A stretch of DNA of 64,000 nt from Acidobacteriota bacterium. Its GTDB lineage: Bacteria > Desulfobacterota > Desulfovibrionia > Desulfovibrionales > Desulfovibrionaceae. Below, piece by piece: positions 21,785-32,994 of this stretch. Under the pieces are notes generated by a model. The model was given only the letters and a program-made list of their open reading frames with translations, did no database searches and was not told the DNA's origin. The position numbers were made by a program, and so were the translations under genes. The stretch covers positions 27,059-91,058 of the forward strand of contig JBKICU010000036.1 of NCBI GenBank assembly GCA_046566965.1, given 5' to 3'. How positions within the stretch are numbered: position 1 is the stretch's first letter; every line of letters begins with the position of its first letter.

Positions 21785-22365
21785 GACGCGGGCTCCAAGA
21801 GGGAATCCAGGGCTTCCAGGCAGGCTTCGCGCTGGGCCGACCAGGGCCGGTCACGGGTGAGCGTCAGCTGCTCCCAGGCCGGGGCGCGCAGATTGAAGGC
21901 GTTGCGCTCCACCAGGCGGGCGAAGAGGCCCTGGGCCTCGCTGTCCGAAGCAGCGAGCCAGCCCACGCCCAGAAAGGCCGGATACCGGGAGTAGCGGGGC
22001 TTGTGGCGCGTGAGGCCGCTGGCATGCGTGGTGTCGAAGAAGGGCGAGACCAGGCAGATCATCCTGTCCAGGAGCTTCTTGGTCGTGGAGTTCCAGACTC
22101 CGAAGCTGAGGGGCGAGAAGAACACGGCCAGTTCCGAGGCGATATAGGCCCTGGCCGCGATCTCCGAGGCGTCGGAGACCGGGCAGCGCCCAGGCGTGGC
22201 CGTCCAGCAGGCGAAACAGCCCCGGCAGGGGGCCATGGGCAGCTCCGCCAGGGGGAATACGTCCACGGCGTGGCCCGCGTCGGACAGGGCGCGGCGCAGG
22301 GCGTCGGCCCCCTGGCGGCAGGCGTCGCTTCCGGGCGGGGTGGCATCGAAGAGGACGGCGCGCAT
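21781..22365 (-). CDS. Flavodoxin family / iron-sulfur flavoprotein-like protein
   Basis: CRGCFACW..TPGRC Cys motif, KKLLDR; start uncertain (22365 or 22446). Confidence 0.75.
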   Translation of the reverse strand: MRAVLFDATPPGSDACRQGADALRRALSDAGHAVDVFPLAELPMAPCRGCFACWTATPGRCPVSDASEIAARAYIASELAVFFSPLSFGVWNSTTKKLLDRMICLVSPFFDTTHASGLTRHKPRYSRYPAFLGVGWLAASDSEAQGLFARLVERNAFNLRAPAWEQLTLTRDRPWSAQREACLEALDSLLEPAS

Positions 22366-22568
22366 GGCGGGGTTTTCCCCGGCTTCGCGTTCGGCGTCAA
22401 TCGTTTCCGTGAACGTGCGTTTCTTTGTCCGGCGCGTCGATGCCATGTGCCGCCTTGTGCATGTGGACGGAATGTTAGCTTGGAACCCTTCCAGACTTCG
22501 GCGCGGCGTTTTCTTTTTTCGCGCTTGGCCGTATCGTCTCCGGGCATTCGAATCCGCATGGAGTCCGC

Positions 22569-23726
22569 ATGGCCGCGTCCGTATCCCTCTGGTCCATCTT
22601 CAAGGCATTTTTCGTTGTCGGTTCAACTGCCTACGGAGGTCCGGCCATGATGCCCGCGCTTCGCCGCGAGGTGGTGGACAAGCGCGCCTTCTTAAGCCGC
22701 GAGGAGTTCCGCCTGGGCCTTGGCCTGTGCCAGACCATCCCCGGCGGCACGCTCATGCAGCTGTCCGCCTACATCGGACTTGGGATGCGCGGCTTGTGGG
22801 GCGCCTTGGTGGCCTATGCGGGGTTTTCGCTCCCGGCCTTTCTTCTGATGACGCTCATCTCCGGCTTCTACGTGGAGCTTCGCGCCGCGCCCCTGGCCCA
22901 CGCCGTGGCCTCGGGCCTCAAGGTGGTGGTGCTGGCCATCTGCCTGATGTCCTGCCTGGATTTCGTGAAGCGCTTCGCGCCCACGCGCCGCCACCAGGCC
23001 TTCACGGCGGGCGCGGCGGCCCTGTTCCTGGCCGGGGTGGGCGTGATCCCCATCGTTTTGGGCGCTGCCCTGGCCGGAATGCTCTTCCTGGACCCCGGCC
23101 CGGCTCCGGATACGGGTCCGGATGCCGCGATGGACACGCGCGGGGCTCTGCGCCTGGCGATCATCATGGGCGCGGTGCAGCTTTTCTGCCTGGGCGCGCT
23201 GTTCGTCTTCGACCGGCTGCTTTTCGATCTGGCCGTGTCCATGATAAAAGTGGACATGCTGGCCTTCGGCGGCTTCGGCATCTTCCCGGTGATGTTCGCC
23301 GAAGTGGTGGAGCACCGGGGCTGGCTGGACGAGTCCACCTTCATCGAGGGCATGGCCCTGGCCCAGGTGACTCCCGGCCCGAGCCTTCTGGCTTCGGCCT
23401 TCATCGGCTACATGGTGCGCGGCGTGGCCGGGGCGGCTGTGGCCTCGGTGGGCATCTTCGCCGTATCCTTCGTGGTGGTGCTGGCAGCGGCCCATTACCG
23501 AGACCGCATCGTGGGCTCGCGCCGGGCGCGCCAGGCCCTGTCCGGGGTGCTGGCCACGCTTGGCGGCATGATCGTGGCCGTGAGCTTCGCCTTGTCCAAG
23601 GCCGTGGACTGGGGCTGGCCCGCTGCCGTGCTCCTGGTTCTGACACTGGCCGCTCTGGCCAAAAAGATACCCGTGTACTGGATCGTGCTGGGGGCGTCCT
23701 GCCTGTCCATGCTCATCCTCCGGTAA
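22569..23726 (+). CDS. chrA: Chromate efflux transporter (CHR family), copy 1
   Basis: AYGGP, CQTIPGG, FGGF, AQVTPGP; two homologous halves. Confidence 0.88.
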   Translation: MAASVSLWSIFKAFFVVGSTAYGGPAMMPALRREVVDKRAFLSREEFRLGLGLCQTIPGGTLMQLSAYIGLGMRGLWGALVAYAGFSLPAFLLMTLISGFYVELRAAPLAHAVASGLKVVVLAICLMSCLDFVKRFAPTRRHQAFTAGAAALFLAGVGVIPIVLGAALAGMLFLDPGPAPDTGPDAAMDTRGALRLAIIMGAVQLFCLGALFVFDRLLFDLAVSMIKVDMLAFGGFGIFPVMFAEVVEHRGWLDESTFIEGMALAQVTPGPSLLASAFIGYMVRGVAGAAVASVGIFAVSFVVVLAAAHYRDRIVGSRRARQALSGVLATLGGMIVAVSFALSKAVDWGWPAAVLLVLTLAALAKKIPVYWIVLGASCLSMLILR

Positions 23727-23737
23727 AAGGACCCGCA

Positions 23738-24883
23738 ATGACCCCATCCCCCAGCGTCTGGCGCATCTTTTTGACGTATCTGCGAATCGGCGCGTCCGCG
23801 TTCGGCGGCCCCGGCATGCTGCCCTTCATCCGCAACCGGCTGGTGGACAAGCTCGGCTGGTTCACTCACGACGAATTCAAGACCGGGCTGGCCCTGGTGC
23901 AGTCCATTCCCGGCGGTCCGCTGGTGCAGCTGGCCGCCTACCTGGGCCATGCCAAGGCCGGGCTCCCCGGCGCGCTGGCGGCCTTCACCGGATTCGCCCT
24001 GCCGGCCTGGGCCATGATTACCGCTTTTGCAATTATCTACCAGAAAACCGCCGACCTGCCCGCCATGCTGGGGGCTCTGGTCGGCCTGAAGGTTGTCGTT
24101 GTTGCCGTGTGCTTCATGGCCAGCCTGGATTTCCTGGGCCGCTACGCCAGGACGGCCATGCAGCGCGGCCTGGCTGGCGGCGCGTGCGTGCTGTTCCTCA
24201 TTGGGCTCAAGCCCTTCATGCTGATCCTGGGCGGGGCGATCATCGGCGTCTTGACCTTCCAGGACGAGCCCCGCAAGCCGCACGTCGTAAACGGCGAGCC
24301 CCAGAGCTGGAAGACTCCGCTGGCCCTTCTGGGGGTCTACGTCCTGTTCCTTGTCGGGTGCGCGCTGCTGGAGTCCCCCATGCTGCGGTTCGCCCTGTCC
24401 ATGGGCAAGGTGGACCTTTTGTCCTTCGGCGGGTTCGGGGCCTTCCCCATGATGTACGCCGAGGTGGTGCGGGCCAGGGGCTGGCTGGACGAGCGCACCT
24501 TCATGGACGCCATGGCCATGTCCCAGGTGACGCCGGGTCCGTTCCTCCTGGTGTCGGCCTTCGTCGGCTACCAGCTCAAGGGGATGCTTGGCGCGGTGAT
24601 CGGCGGGGTCGCCGTGTTCGCGCCGTCGTTTCTCATCGTGATGGCGGCCATCCGCATGAAGGACAGCGTCCTGTCCTCGGACTGGGCGCACAAGGCCCTG
24701 GCCGGGGTGCTGGCCATCCTGTCCGGGCTTATCCTGGCCGTGGCCGTGAGTTTCGCCAGGGCCGTGGACTGGGGCTGGCCCCAGGGCGTCCTGCTGGTCC
24801 TGGCCCTTCTGGCCCTGGCCAAAAAGGTGGACATCCTCTGGGTGGTGCTGGGCGGCGCGGCCGCCAGCGCGCTGCTGTTCTGA
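23738..24883 (+). CDS. chrA: Chromate efflux transporter (CHR family), copy 2
   Basis: AFGGP, VQSIPGG, FGGF, SQVTPGP; start MTPSP. Confidence 0.88.
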   Translation: MTPSPSVWRIFLTYLRIGASAFGGPGMLPFIRNRLVDKLGWFTHDEFKTGLALVQSIPGGPLVQLAAYLGHAKAGLPGALAAFTGFALPAWAMITAFAIIYQKTADLPAMLGALVGLKVVVVAVCFMASLDFLGRYARTAMQRGLAGGACVLFLIGLKPFMLILGGAIIGVLTFQDEPRKPHVVNGEPQSWKTPLALLGVYVLFLVGCALLESPMLRFALSMGKVDLLSFGGFGAFPMMYAEVVRARGWLDERTFMDAMAMSQVTPGPFLLVSAFVGYQLKGMLGAVIGGVAVFAPSFLIVMAAIRMKDSVLSSDWAHKALAGVLAILSGLILAVAVSFARAVDWGWPQGVLLVLALLALAKKVDILWVVLGGAAASALLF

Positions 24884-24908
24884 TTCTCCGATGCGGCGGG
24901 GTTTGTGA

Positions 24909-24936
24909 CAAAAATGGAGCAGAATCTCCATTTTTG
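24909..24936. terminator. 11-bp inverted repeat, probable terminator
   Basis: CAAAAATGGAG-CAGAAT-CTCCATTTTTG, 25 nt after the chrA2 stop. Confidence 0.55.
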
Positions 24937-25246
24937 AAAACTTCGCCGCCCTTTCTGTCTTGCCTCTCCAATACAATTTTGTTAAGAACGCGCTGTCTTT
25001 TGGCGTGCCACACAATTCTGTCGCGGCAGGCCTGTGGTAGAAGCGTAGGAATGTCAGGGTATTGCCGTGATCGGCCCGGCGGGGATCGTGTGTGCGCGCA
25101 CGGCCTGCTCCCGAGCCGCCGGGGCACGCCTCGGAGACGCGCGCCGGGTGCGCGTTTTTTCCGGCCTGCGCCACCCGATTGTTCGACCGCCACGGCCATC
25201 GTCCCGATTGCCGCAGCCCAGCCGCATTTTCCCAGGAGGCTCTTCC

Positions 25247-26470
25247 ATGATCCAGGCCGGTGACACCGCGTTCATCCTCATCTGTGCCGCCCTCGTCCTG
25301 CTTATGACGCCCGGCCTGGCCCTGTTCTACGGGGGCATGGTCCGGCGCAAGAACGTGCTCGGCACCCTGATGCAGAGCTTCATCATGATCTCGCTGGTCA
25401 CCATCGAGTGGGTCTACCTGGGCTACTCCATGAGCTTCGGGCCGGACGTCTCCGGCCTCATCGGCGACCTCTCCTGGGCCGGGCTCGCAGGCGTGGGAGC
25501 CGCCCCCAACCCGGACTACGCGCCCACCATCCCCCACGCCGTGTTCATGATCTACCAGTGCATGTTCGCGGTGATCACCCCGGCGCTCATCACCGGAGCC
25601 TTCGCCGAGCGCGTGCGCTTCAGCTCCTTCGTGGTGTTCAGCGTGGCCTGGGCCGTGCTGGTGTACAATCCGGCGTGCCACTGGGTGTGGGGCAACGGCG
25701 GGTTCCTGAAGGCCATGGGCGTTTTGGATTTCGCGGGCGGCATCGTGGTGCACCTGACCTGCGGCGCGGCGGCGCTGGCCTCGGTCATGGTCATCGGGCC
25801 CCGCAAGGACCACGGCAGGCGCCAGTTCTTCCCCCACAGCCTGCCCATGACGCTTCTGGGCACCGGGCTCCTCTGGTTCGGCTGGTTCGGCTTCAACGCG
25901 GGCAGCGCTCTGGCCGCCGACGCCGTGGCCGGTTCGGCCTTCGTGGCAACGCACCTGGGCGGCATGGCCGGCATGGCCATGTGGACCGTGGTGGAATGGA
26001 TCTACCAGGGCAAGCCCACCACCCTCGGCGCGGCCTCGGGCGCTGTTGCGGGTCTGGCCACCATCACCCCGGCCGCCGGGTTCGTCACGGCCAACTCCGC
26101 CGTGCTCATCGGTTTGACCGCCGGGTTCTGCTGCTACTGGGCCGTGGTGCTCAAATCCAAGCTGCGCTTCGACGACAGCCTGGACGTGGTGGGCATCCAC
26201 GGCCTGGGCGGCGTGATCGGCACGCTCATGGCGGGTCTGCTTGCCACCAAGGGGGTCAATCCCAACGGCGCGGACGGCCTGTTCTACGGCAACGCGGCGC
26301 AGCTTGGCATCCAGGCCCTTGGCATCGCCGTCGTGGGAGCGTATGCTTTTGCGGTGAGTTACGTGCTGCTCAAGCTGGTCAACGCCTTCATGGGGCTGCG
26401 CGTCTCGCCGGAAAACGAGGGCATCGGCCTGGACGTGGCCGAACACAACGAAGCCGCCTACAGCGAATAA
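25247..26470 (+). CDS. amtB: Ammonium transporter
   Basis: MTPGLALFYGG, DFAGG.VVH, WFGWFGFNAGS, DDSLDV..IHG; GGAGG RBS. Confidence 0.97.
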   Translation: MIQAGDTAFILICAALVLLMTPGLALFYGGMVRRKNVLGTLMQSFIMISLVTIEWVYLGYSMSFGPDVSGLIGDLSWAGLAGVGAAPNPDYAPTIPHAVFMIYQCMFAVITPALITGAFAERVRFSSFVVFSVAWAVLVYNPACHWVWGNGGFLKAMGVLDFAGGIVVHLTCGAAALASVMVIGPRKDHGRRQFFPHSLPMTLLGTGLLWFGWFGFNAGSALAADAVAGSAFVATHLGGMAGMAMWTVVEWIYQGKPTTLGAASGAVAGLATITPAAGFVTANSAVLIGLTAGFCCYWAVVLKSKLRFDDSLDVVGIHGLGGVIGTLMAGLLATKGVNPNGADGLFYGNAAQLGIQALGIAVVGAYAFAVSYVLLKLVNAFMGLRVSPENEGIGLDVAEHNEAAYSE

Positions 26471-26824
<354 letters not shown>

Positions 26825-26941
26825 TTTTTCCCTTCCTTATAATAAGAAGAAGCAAGCGCCGGGGGCGTCGCGCGGGCGGCGCCCCCTTCCTTTGCCGCGC
26901 CGCGTGTTTGCTTGCCGCCCCGATTGCGCTAGACTGCCCGC

Positions 26942-27541
26942 ATGACGCTCGCTTCCGCCATCATCCTGCTGATTCTGGTCATGGACCCTCTGGGGAACAT
27001 TCCGTTCTTCGTCTCGGTGCTGAAGAAAGTGCCGCCGGAGCGGAAGCGCCGGGTGATCGCCCGCGAGCTGGTCATCGCGTTGTGCGTGCTGGTGGTCTTC
27101 ATGTTCCTGGGGCCGCAGCTTCTGAAGCTTCTGGGCATTTCCGGGCCCTCGCTCAGCATCGCCGGGGGCATCGTATTGCTGCTCATCGCCATCAAGATGG
27201 TCTTCCCCAGCCACGACGACCTGGCGGAGGAGGAACACGTCGAACCGCTGGTGGTGCCGTTGGCCATTCCCTACGTGGCCGGGCCGTCCTCCCTGGCCAC
27301 GGTGATGCTTATGGCCAGCGGCGAGCCTTCCCGCTGGGCGGACTGGCTCCTGGCGCTGGTCTGCGCCTGGCTGGCCACGGGGCTGGTGCTGCTGTTGTCG
27401 GTGGAGCTTGAGAAGCTTCTGGGCAAGCGTGGCATGGTGGCCCTGGAGCGCTTGATGGGCATGATCCTGACCGCCATCGCCGTGGAGATGGCCCTGACCG
27501 GCATTGCCGACTTCCTGGCCGCGCACGCGGCAGGGAAGTAG
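26942..27541 (+). CDS. MarC family membrane protein
   Basis: MDPLGNIP, IAGGI, VPLAIP..AGP, ERLMG. Confidence 0.92.
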   Translation: MTLASAIILLILVMDPLGNIPFFVSVLKKVPPERKRRVIARELVIALCVLVVFMFLGPQLLKLLGISGPSLSIAGGIVLLLIAIKMVFPSHDDLAEEEHVEPLVVPLAIPYVAGPSSLATVMLMASGEPSRWADWLLALVCAWLATGLVLLLSVELEKLLGKRGMVALERLMGMILTAIAVEMALTGIADFLAAHAAGK

Positions 27542-27777
27542 GCGAGCGGCGGGAAGACTAGAGCTGCTTTGCGGGCAGAGAGGCAGGGGCGCGATAGAAC
27601 GGAGAAAGCGGCAGGGGAGTGGGGAATATCTACAGGGCCAGGGAACCGGCAGGGCAAGGGCATGGTCTCTGCGGCAGAGTGCCGGGATTTTGTTTGGGAA
27701 GACGGGGAGGCTTCAGAGGCGGATCGTCCGGCTCTCAGGGGCTCACGAAGAGTCGCGCTTCTTGTGAGAGCGCGAAG

Positions 27778-28719
27778 CTACAGCCCCGCTTCCGGCTCTT
27801 CCAGGATGCGCCGGGCCAGGGCCGCATCCTCCGCGATGCGCGCCTTCAGCTCCTCGATGCCCGAGAACTTCTTCTCGCTGCGCAGCCGCTGCACGAAGTG
27901 CAGGTCCACGGACTTGCCGTAGAGGTCCCCGGAGTAATCGAAGATGTGGGCCTCCAGGCTCAGATGGTCGCCGCCAAAGGTGGGGTTGGTGCCGATGTTG
28001 GCCACCCCCGCCCAGGTCTGGTCGCCCTTGGACAGCCACACCGCGTACACGCCGGATTTGGGCAGCAACTGGTCGCGCGCGTCCACGTTGGCCGTGGGGA
28101 AGCCCAAAAGCTTGCCGCCCCGGTCCGCGCCGTGGATCACCTCGCCGCGCACCTTGTGGAAGCGGCCCAAAAGCGGCTTCACGTCCCACACGTCGCCGGA
28201 GAGCAGCATGTCCCGGATGCGCGTGGAGCTCACCACCGCGTCCTCCACCATCACCGGCCCCAGACGCTCCACCAGGAACCCCATGGAGCGGCCGAGCTTG
28301 CCCAGGGTGGCGTAGTCGCCGCTGCGCCCTTTCCCGAAGGCCCAGTCGTGCCCGATGATCAGCTCCTTCATGCCCAGGTCGCGAACCAGGCAGTCGCGCA
28401 CGAACTCTTCCGGCTCCAGCGCCGCGAAAGCGCGCGTGAAGGGCAGCACCAGGCAGGCCTCGATGCCGCATTCCGCGATAAGCTCAAGCTTCACGTCGGG
28501 GGTGGTCAGGCGCGGAGGGGCTTCCTTGCCCAGGAGCACGCGGCGCGGATGCGGCTCGAAGGTGACGGCCAGGCTCACCGCGTTCAGGACCTTGGCGCGT
28601 TCGCGCACGCGGTGCAGAAGCTTCTGGTGGGCCAGGTGCACGCCGTCGAAGTTGCCGATGGTCAGGCAGGAACTGGTCAGGACGCCGTCGAGGTCGTCGA
28701 ATGTACGGGCTACGATCAT
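27778..28719 (-). CDS. ribF: Bifunctional riboflavin kinase/FAD synthetase
   Basis: TIGNFDGVH, VSST.IR, GFPTAN, LRSEKKF. Confidence 0.97.
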   Translation of the reverse strand: MIVARTFDDLDGVLTSSCLTIGNFDGVHLAHQKLLHRVRERAKVLNAVSLAVTFEPHPRRVLLGKEAPPRLTTPDVKLELIAECGIEACLVLPFTRAFAALEPEEFVRDCLVRDLGMKELIIGHDWAFGKGRSGDYATLGKLGRSMGFLVERLGPVMVEDAVVSSTRIRDMLLSGDVWDVKPLLGRFHKVRGEVIHGADRGGKLLGFPTANVDARDQLLPKSGVYAVWLSKGDQTWAGVANIGTNPTFGGDHLSLEAHIFDYSGDLYGKSVDLHFVQRLRSEKKFSGIEELKARIAEDAALARRILEEPEAGL

Positions 28720-28814
28720 GGTTCTTCCGGTGGGCCGAAGGGGCGGGAAACACGCTACAGCAAAGAGCCGGAGGGTTCAACTCCGGAAAATTTTCAGGAA
28801 AATGAAAAAAGTGC

Positions 28815-28843
28815 TTGCCAAGGAGCTCGGTTGAGTCTAGATA
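28815..28843 (+). promoter_or_regulatory. Putative sigma70 promoter of tRNA-Leu
   Basis: TTGCCA-17 nt-TAGATA with A-rich upstream element. Confidence 0.55.
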
Positions 28844-28861
28844 CGTTTCTCCCGACGACGT

Positions 28862-28948
28862 GCCGAAGTGGTGGAATTGGTAGACACGCTAGGTTCAGGG
28901 TCTAGTGGGGGCAACTCCGTGGAGGTTCGAGTCCTCTCTTCGGCACCA
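28862..28948 (+). tRNA. tRNA-Leu(CAG)
   Basis: GCCGAAG/CTTCGGC acceptor stem, anticodon loop TTCAGGG, long variable arm, GTTCGAGTC T-loop, encoded CCA. Confidence 0.97.
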
Positions 28949-28960
28949 TCGACAGCAACA

Positions 28961-28994
28961 GGCTGGGCAGAAATGCCCGGCCTTTCTGCTTTTA
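28961..28994 (+). terminator. Terminator after tRNA-Leu
   Basis: GGCTGGGCA-GAAA-TGCCCGGCC followed by TTTCTGCTTTT. Confidence 0.6.
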
Positions 28995-29361
28995 TAAAGC
29001 CTGCATCTTTCACGACTCCCGCTAGTACAGTCCTTTAGGCTCCATTGGGCCGAACCACTGTCCCGCAAGTCCGCGCGCGGTGCGTGCGGGGGGGGTGCTG
29101 CATTGGCTCTGCTCATGGCGCGGATGCCGATTGGTCTGCGCGAAGCGCTTAAGGGGCCGGCAAGGGAGGGATGTGGCATCGCGGGGGGCGCAGCATCACC
29201 ACCTTCATCTGTGAATTTGCCTTGTTTGAAGGGGGTGGACGCATCCTGGCCTCCGGCTTGCCCTCCTGAATGATGACAAAACACTCCCCGAGGTCTATCC
29301 TGAGGTCCGTTGCCATGTAACGCATTCCGACATTGTTCGGTGTTAGGCCACAAGACAGCCC

Positions 29362-30812
29362 ATGAACCAAGCCGCCTCCATTCTCTCGCGCCTGCCGCAC
29401 CTGACCATCCGTCAGAAGGTGGTGGCGGGGGTGATCATTCCGGTGCTCATCTTCACCGTGGTGGGCGTAGTCTCCTTCAACTATCTTATCCGGCTGGAAG
29501 GCACCCTCACTCTGATGGAGGCGGCGGACGACCTCTCCAACACCATCCTGGAAGTGCGCCGCTACGAGAAGAACTACCTGCTCTACGGCCACGCCGAGGA
29601 CTACGACGAATCGCAGCGATACATCGACCAGGCCCGCGTCACCCTCTCCACCATGGCGCTGGCCGCCCGCGACAACCACGCCCGCAGGACAATCTCCAGG
29701 CTCAATCCTGTGCTGGACACCTACCAGGCCAAAAGCCGCAGCCTGCGCCAGACCGTCTCCGACGCGGCCGCCGCCCAGGACCGCGAGGATCTGCGTCAGG
29801 CGGGCAAGGATATGGTGGACCTGTCCCTGGACCTCAAGAACACCGAACGGGAGCGCACACTCCTGCTGGTGGCCAACCTCAAGCGTCAGCTCCTCATATC
29901 CGGGGTGTTCATCGCCGCCTCCGGCATCGTGCTCGCCCTGCTGCTGGCACGCAAGATCCTGCGGGCGCTCGGCACCATCACCAGGGCGACCTCGGAGATC
30001 GGCCAGGGAAACTTCAAGACCCTGGAAGTGCCGCGCGCCGACGACGAAACCCGGCGCGTGCTGGAAGCCTTCAACCGCATGACCCGCGAACTGGAGCGCC
30101 GCCAGGACCAGCTCATTCAGGAAAAGAAGCTATCCTCGCTTGGCGTGCTCACCTCGGGCATCGCCCACCAGTTGAACAACCCGCTGAACAACATCTCCAC
30201 CTCCTGCCAGATCCTCATCGAGGAGCACAAAGAGTGCGACCCGGCCTTTTCCGACCGCATGCTCGGCAACATCCAGCAGGAGGTGCTGCGCGCCCGCGAC
30301 ATCGTGAAGGGGCTCCTGGAATTCTCCCGCGCCAAGGACTTCAGCCTCAAGGCCGTATCCCTGGAGGACGTGGTGACCAAGGCCTTTCGCCTGGTGTCCA
30401 GCCAGATTCCCGCCGGGATAACCCTGACCCACCGCGTTCCTGCCGGTCTGGTGCTGGATCTTGACGCGGCCCGCATGCAGGAGGTGTTCATCAACCTGCT
30501 GCTGAACGCTGCCCAGGCCATCCAGGAAATCCCCGGCGCGATCACCATCTCCGCCGAAGCAGACCCGGCCTCCGGCATGGCCGTGATCATCGTGGAGGAC
30601 ACGGGCATGGGCATCCCCGAGGACGACCTGGGCAAGGTGTTCGACCCCTTCTACACCACCAAGGAGGTGGGCAAGGGGACCGGACTCGGCCTGTCCATCG
30701 TGTTCGGCATCATCGAGAAGCACAAGGGCTCCATCTCGGCTGAAAAGACCGGCGGCAAGGGAGCGCGCTTCGTGATCCGCCTTCCCCTGTCCGCGACCTC
30801 AGAAAAGAACGC

Positions 30813-30816
<4 letters not shown>
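29362..30816 (+). CDS. Membrane sensor histidine kinase (HAMP, NtrB-like)
   Basis: 2 TM helices, HAMP, H-box GIAHQLNNPL, NAAQA, DTGMG, FYTTK, GTGLGL. Confidence 0.95.
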
Positions 30817-32168
<1,352 letters not shown>

Positions 32169-32269
32169 AAGGCGGACTCGGGCGTTTCAACAACCTGCAA
32201 GGTCGTCCCGCCAGGGATGAGCGAGAGTTTCGAAGCATTTCCGGTCGAATAGCTCTTGAGGAAGTCCAT

Positions 32270-32839
32270 ATGAATCTGTTTGGCGGAAATATTTACGCAT
32301 CGCTCAAGTCGTATATTCAGTCGATCACGGACAAGGCTAAATCGGCCATCGGAGTATACAAGCAGAAGGTGATGGGCCAGCAAGGCGAACTGGCGGTCAA
32401 ACGCGCCCAGGTGCAGAAACTGGAAGAGGAATTGGGTGTCGTGACTGGCACCAACCTAGCTTTGGAGAAGGAGAATGACGCCCTGCGGCACAAGCTGAAG
32501 ACCTATGAGCTGATAACCGGCGATTCCACCAAGATCCAGCGGCTGATCATCGCCTTCAAGCAGATGAAGTTCGAACTTTTGCACTTGAGGCGATACGCTG
32601 ATTCCAAAATGATAGAAAATGAGGAACTCCAGCGCAAGAACACCAAACTGGAACTCTTATTGAAAAACGCGACGGAAAGCGCACCCGTGGACATCAACAA
32701 GCTCTACAAAAAGATGGTTCACCTGAAAAAAGAGAACAGCAACTATAAGATGAAGTGCTGCCAGATGGAAACCACCATCAAGAACTTTGCCAGCAAGGAG
32801 CAGCGGCGCAAAGCCAAAATCAGCCTGAAATACCAGTAG
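32270..32839 (+). CDS. Hypothetical coiled-coil protein, lower GC
   Basis: ATG after GAGGA; heptad-rich K/E/L sequence; A-rich codons. Confidence 0.7.
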   Translation: MNLFGGNIYASLKSYIQSITDKAKSAIGVYKQKVMGQQGELAVKRAQVQKLEEELGVVTGTNLALEKENDALRHKLKTYELITGDSTKIQRLIIAFKQMKFELLHLRRYADSKMIENEELQRKNTKLELLLKNATESAPVDINKLYKKMVHLKKENSNYKMKCCQMETTIKNFASKEQRRKAKISLKYQ

Positions 32840-32914
32840 GCGCGTGACCGCCGGGGGGGCTGGCGCGGCGGCATCGAGGGTGCGCTGAAACGCCAGAGCT
32901 GCCGTAGGGACAAC

Positions 32915-32973
32915 GCCGCCGGGATTCTGGGGATCGACAGGGTGTCGCTGTGGCGCAAGCTCAAGCGGTACGG
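32915..32973 (+). repeat. 59-bp direct repeat, copy 2 (non-coding remnant)
   Basis: Matches 32097-32155 with one A/G difference; weaker similarity extends upstream to about 32860. Confidence 0.95.
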
Positions 32974-32994
32974 GGTGGGGGAATAACGGACGGC

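Noticed and set aside
24940-25246. Glutamine riboswitch upstream of amtB
   Set aside because: Conserved core of the glnA motif not found.
29308-29323. CGTTGC-CAT-GTAACG as another regulator site upstream of the kinase
   Set aside because: Spacer is 3 nt rather than 5 and it is a single copy; could be chance.
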